From positions 9,238,001 through 9,302,000 of the forward strand of contig OX597830.1 of assembly GCA_951406725.2 (NCBI GenBank): a stretch of DNA of 64,000 nucleotides, written 5' to 3'. Below, one piece after another: positions 57,892 through 64,000 of this stretch. The first letter of the stretch is position 1. Each line of letters begins with the position of its first letter. A program made the position numbers and the translations under genes. The notes below the pieces were generated by a model. The model was not told the origin of the DNA and ran no database searches. It worked only from the letters and a program-made list of their open reading frames with translations. This DNA is from Octopus vulgaris (Eukaryota).

Positions 57892-58064
57892 TCTTTTATT
57901 CTTTTACTTGTTTCAGTCATTTGATTGCGGCCATGCTGGAGCACCGTCTTAAAGAGTTTTAGTCGAAGAAATCGACTCTATGACTTATTGTTTGTAAGCC
58001 TAATAATTATTCTATCGTTCCGACTCTACCCAGCTGAAAACTGAGCGTTTGAACCAAACATATA

Positions 58065-59294
58065 CGAGGGGTACTCAAAAGTAACCGGAAACGTTCTTTG
58101 TGAGACAAGCTCATTGTAGTTCAGGCTTTCGCCGCTTGATGCGACCTTCAGATATCAGTTTGCTGACCAAAGTCGTCAACTGATGTCGTAGTTCCACGTG
58201 ATGCGTCTTTCTTTCGCAGTGTTTCTCCCCTATTCATCGACTTTGTGATGCATCGATGAAATTCTGTTTTCTGCTGGGGAAAATGGCTGCCAAAATAACC
58301 GTCATGCTTCAAACAGCTTACAAGGACACTGCTATGAGCAAATCACAAATTTACGTGTGGTCGCTTGTCGCTTCAAGACCAACCTCGATCAGGATCTCCC
58401 GAACGAATGGAAAGATCATGAAAGTTCATGAACTCATCTTGGGGGACAATCATCTAACAAGTGACGAACATGTTGATATGACTGGTGTGTCTTGGACCTC
58501 CTACCAACGAAATTTGAGCTATGTCTTTATTGCCCACAAGGGGCTAAACGTAGAGGGAACAAACAAGGACAGACAAAGGGATTAAGTCGATTACATCTAC
58601 CCCAGTGCATAACTGGTACTTCGGAATTTGAACTCAGAACGTAACGGCAGACGAAATACCTATTTCTTTACTACCCACAAGGGGCTAAAGACAGAAAGGA
58701 TAAACAAGGACAGACAAACGGATTAAGTCGATTATATCGACTCCAGTGCATAACTGGTACTTATTTAATCGACCCCGAAAGGATCAAAGGCAAAGTTGAC
58801 CTCGGTGGAATTTGAACTCGGAACGTAACGGCAGACGAAATACCGCTGAGCATTTCGCCCGGCGTGCTAACGTTTCTGCCAGCTCACCGCCTTCAACGAA
58901 TTTTGAACGAGGAATTGCGAATGAAAAGAGTTGTAGGGAAATTTGTGCCTCGCTTGCTCACAGAAGATAATCAGCAGTCACGGCTGAATGCGTGTCGTGA
59001 ACTGAAAGACCAGTTGGAGATTGACCCGGATATTTTTTACGAAGGTCATCACTGGTGACGAAAGCTGGTGCTATGGAATTTGCAGAAGTGGAAGAGACAA
59101 AGAAAAAAAAAAAAATGATGGAGGCGTTAAAAGGCATCACTTCGCGAGAGTTCCAGCACTGTCTCGAATTGGGGAAAACGCGTCGGAACCGATGCAAGTG
59201 GAGAATACTTTGAAGGTGATAAAAGTGTAAACATGTAAAACTAAGTGAACAGAATAATATTGCAAAATTCCGGTTTCTTTTGGGTACCTCCTCG
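58065..59294 (+). mobile_element. Internally deleted mariner element with nested SINE
   Basis: TA|CGAGGGGTACTCAAAA...TTTTGGGTACCTCCTCG|TA; fragments KFCFLLGK..MLQTAY, KFVPRLLT, VITGDESWCY. Confidence 0.9.
58518..58893 (-). mobile_element. SINE family A dimer inside mariner
   Basis: TSD CAACGAA(A/T)TTTGA at 58505-58517 and 58894-58906. Confidence 0.9.
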
Positions 59295-59357
59295 TACACC
59301 ATGTTTGTGCGATCAATAATGCTTACATTACAAGAGTTACTTAAATTCGTAATTATG

Positions 59358-59414
<57 letters not shown>

Positions 59415-59416
<2 letters not shown>

Positions 59417-59696
59417 AAATTAATTAAGGGTAGAAATTGATATTTATCAATTAAGACCAGTGGTCTAGCATATTAAAAAAGAATCCGAAGATTAAAATAT
59501 TTATATATACCAATTAAGGACTGAACACGAAAAGTGGACAGTCAACATGCTAGATATAGACGTCAAATCGCCATTCTCCACAAAAGATTATGTTCTCAGA
59601 TCAAAGATCTGAGAACATAATCTTTTGTGGAGAATGGCGATTTGACGTCTATATCTAGCATGTTGACTGTCCACTTTTCGTGTTCAGTCCTTAATT

Positions 59697-59698
<2 letters not shown>
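59415..59698 (-). mobile_element. Second copy of the same fold-back family, 93 bp arms
   Basis: Near-identical to 14137-14324. Arms 59510-59602 and 59606-59698 with a 3 nt loop (AAA). Confidence 0.9.
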
Positions 59699-60050
<352 letters not shown>

Positions 60051-60136
60051 GTATATATATATGTATGTATGTATATATAGCAAATGGAAGACAGCTGTTG
60101 GATTATACAAGAATGGAGTATACGAGAATTTGTTAA

Positions 60137-60239
60137 TCACGGCAATTGTTTCGACACATCTAGCATCGATTCCTCTTGGGTGGGACACTCAACAACTGGT
60201 TCAGGAGCATCCGGTGGTGCAGATGTATCTCGTCGGTTA
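60137..60239 (-). ncRNA. Degenerate hammerhead with long stem II
   Basis: CCGACGA-GAUACAUCU...AGAUGUGUC-GAAAC-AAUU-GCC; cleavage triplet and stem I are eroded. Confidence 0.5.
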
Positions 60240-60332
60240 GTAAATAAATAAAAACAACTCTTTAAAGTGACTGTTCCACAACGTAACTTTCCGTTTTGTA
60301 GGGAGAAAAGCAGCCAGACGGAGGAAATATCT

Positions 60333-60385
<53 letters not shown>

Positions 60386-61030
60386 TATATATAGGAGATT
60401 AAAAATAAAATCACAGATGGCAAAAAGAGGAACGAACACGCAATGCAGCGAGAAAAATATTAAAAATAACCGTCGACAGATACGGATGTCTATACGCCTC
60501 CGGGCAAGCTGCATGGCGCGAGTACACTCGCTCATACAAGCATCCACAAAAATGTGAGCATACGCACACGTGAGGTTTGGAGCACTCATGATCACAAATC
60601 GTGTTTGTTATCTACTTGGTGTTTATGAGAATGGGAAGGTTAAAAGTAAACTTAAGCCATCCATAACTTAAAGTATATGAGTTTCAACACGTTTTTCGTC
60701 ACCAAAAGATATTATTTAGCGTTGCTCAAGGTGCCGTGCAGAGAGAGACTGAGTCCAAAACCATTTTGTTGAGCGACAGGCATTTATATATTGTGTGCAC
60801 TTTTATACCTATCAATTTTCATTCGGTATTGGTCCACAAAATGGATGCCAGAAGTCACATAGCAAAAGTACGGCCTGTTTGGATTAAATGAAGATTAACG
60901 AAACCATGACATATATTTCTGTCTATCTGTCTGTCTGTCTATCTCTGACTCTGTCTCTGTCTCTGTCTGTCTGTCTTTCTTTCGGTCTCTTTCTATCTCT
61001 CTTTATATCGCTCTCTCTTTCTCTCTTTTC

Positions 61031-61120
<90 letters not shown>

Positions 61121-61241
61121 ATAAACATATCTGTGTATATGTATATATGCACACATGCATATAAACAGGGTCTTTCTTTCACACACATAAATGCATTTAG
61201 ATATATACATACGCATACGCATATGTATATATATATATGCG

Positions 61242-61286
<45 letters not shown>

Positions 61287-61295
61287 AAATGTATT

Positions 61296-61345
<50 letters not shown>

Positions 61346-61869
61346 AATATATACACATATACATATATATAAATATATATACACGCAACAAATGCAGACA
61401 GCCACACACACACACCACACATACACTCATATATCTCCTATACACATCCAAACGCTCATGTGCACATATGCACGTATGCATCTACGTGTGAATTGAATCG
61501 TATATATGAATATGTTTGTCGGTCTGCAGGAAAACCAAAACAAAACAAAAAAAACAACAAAAAAACCACTTAAATGTTGTAAGATGATGAGGTGGTGGCG
61601 GCGGTGGCGGTGGTGGTGGTGGTGGTGGTGTTGTCAGTGGTAGTGCGAGGGCGTGTGAGTCTGCTAGACAGATTGATAATGTTACATTGGATTCTGGTTT
61701 GGCGTGGCATTGTGATCAAGAAAAGTGAGTTAATGGGGATTTGAAGATTTAAGTGATGTGTTGACAATCTCTGGCGATATATGTACGTATATACATATAA
61801 GCATATAAACATGTACATGTACATACATACATGCATACATGCATATATATATATGTATATATATGCATA

Positions 61870-61905
<36 letters not shown>

Positions 61906-62048
61906 TTTAATATATACTCATATATATATACATTTATATATACACACGTACATGTACATTTATATACACACATACATATACTTCTCTGTATTAACATACA
62001 AATACGCATATAGGTATATACGTAAATATATATCTGTGTATATGTATA

Positions 62049-62113
<65 letters not shown>

Positions 62114-62232
62114 ATATATATATAAATATATATATATACACACACATTTATATGTGTGTGTGTATATGTATATATGTGTATGTATATATATGTATATATA
62201 TATATGCATGTATATATATATGTATATATATA

Positions 62233-62293
<61 letters not shown>

Positions 62294-62994
62294 GAAAATT
62301 CAGTACAGTTAAGAAATATAATAAATCAAGAAAAATAAACATTAAGGAACTGGACCCGAGAAAATATAAAAGGAAAGAGAAAAAGGGAACAATTTAATTA
62401 AAAATCTATAAAGACTAATGAAGGAGAGAATTGTCTGTTTCTTTCCATCGAAATTTGCTATAAATGTGTGCGTGTGTGTATGTGTGTGTGTGTGTGTATG
62501 CGGTGTGTGTATTTGTATGTGCGTGTGTGTTTATATATATATATGTGTGTATGTGTATGTGTGTGTATGCATCAAATAAAACCAGATGTGCTGGGAACAG
62601 CATTGAACGTTTTAGGGATCTTTTGTTTGTGCCCAAGATCATGGTTATCCCACATTCCTGAGCCTATGACCCATATTGCCACTGGATATCTTGCCCTGAC
62701 TTGTCTCTGTATCATGTCAATTGGACTGAGGTCTGTGAGGTGTTGTAGAAGCCTTATTGGACAAGAAATTTTAGGTTGCGCAACCGGTGGCCATTTGATT
62801 TTTTTTAAAGTCCAATGAAGTGGGAGGACATTGCCGCGAACATGGAAGCCACCTGGTGCAAACCCAGGTGAAAGCCGACCGCGGGTGCATATACTAATGA
62901 GTACGAGCATAGCTGACGTTTTGCTTAGATAATGGCCAATGATGGTCTTCCTTGTTCACGAATAGACAACCATCATAACGTATATGTATGCATA

Positions 62995-63531
62995 TGTATA
63001 TCATTATTTAGTTTATTTCAAGATTTCTTGTCAATAGAGAAAGAGCCGGTTTCTAACCTAGATCCACGGCTCCTTCATTGGATTTTCAACATCAACAACA
63101 AGGTATTTTTGTATGTATATATGTGCGTATGTATGTATGTATGTATGTATGTATGTATGTATGTATGTATGTATGTATGTATGTATTCTCATTCATATAG
63201 TCGCATATATTTAAATGATAAACTTCTGGAAAGTTTTAAAGATTTTTACAGTTCCAGTGATAGATTGGATCTGTAGTCTTCGAATTAGCTTTCTCCTTTC
63301 TGGTTTTGAGAAACTTAATTTCTCAAGATTGGTATTTAGGCAGTGTGTATCCTAGGACGCCAATAATAACAAATATAAACCTGAACTTGTAATCTGGATA
63401 GAGTAACTGCAAATTTCTCAATAGTTCAGCGTAGGTATTCTCTTTTTCACTGATCTTCAGCTTTATGTTAGCATCCGCTGGGCAGCTAAAATCCACAACT
63501 GTACACAGTTTCTCTTCTCTATCGCAAATCA
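62995..63531 (-). mobile_element. 3' end of an RLE-type (R4-like) LINE in (TACA)n
   Basis: DREEKLCTVVDFSCPADANIKLKISEKENTYAELLRNLQLLYPDYKFRFIFVIIGVLGY; 3' UTR with internal (CATA)n and AATAAA. Confidence 0.8.
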
Positions 63532-63680
63532 CTATGTATGTACGTACGTATGTATATGTATGTATGTATGCATGTATGTATGTATGCATGTATGTATGTA
63601 TGTATGTATGTATGTATGTATGCATGCATGTATGTATGTATGTATGTGTGTGTGTGTGTATGTATGTATGTGTATGTATG

Positions 63681-63712
<32 letters not shown>

Positions 63713-64000
63713 TGTATGTATGTATGTATGTATGTATGTATGTATGTATGTATGTATGTATGTATGTATGTGTGTGTGTATGTATGTATGTGTATGTATG
63801 TATATGTATGTATGTATGTGTGTGTGTATGTATGTATGTATATATGTATGTATGTATGTATGTGCGTGTGTATGTATGTATGTATGTATGTATGTATGTA
63901 TGTATGTATGTATGTATGTGTGTATGTATGTATGTATGTATGTGTGTGTGTATGTATGTATGTATGTATGTATGTATGTATGTGTATGTATGTATGTATG
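63532..64000. repeat. (TATG)n tract running off the window
   Basis: Direct reading. Confidence 0.95.

Overview
AT-rich, extremely microsatellite-dense eukaryotic non-coding DNA. The repeat content (tRNA-derived SINE families, (TA)n/(TATC)n/(TATG)n/(CA)n tracts) resembles octopus genomic DNA; this is inferred from the SINE types, not checked by search. I found no host-gene exon, and nearly all listed ORFs are microsatellite artefacts. The non-microsatellite sequence is mostly mobile-element debris: three SINE families, 3' fragments of CR1-, R4/Dong- and Tx1-like LINEs, Tc1/mariner relics and MITEs, and two Helitron-type elements. The most interesting layer is a set of small islands embedded in (TA)n tracts that look like Penelope-like retroelement (PLE) termini. 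One still encodes a Neptune-type GIY-YIG endonuclease. About a dozen carry type I hammerhead ribozyme folds, including recurring non-canonical cores (U3:A8 covariant UUGAAAA; CCGACGA) and very long stem II insertions. Nine are asymmetric fold-back structures (arm-spacer-arm plus an unpaired tail), several of which share a tail motif and have arms ending at internal TA microhomologies. The window also holds two SINE/LINE 3'-tail partnerships and SINE concatemers with a fixed junction. All folds were paired by eye and none is experimentally tested.
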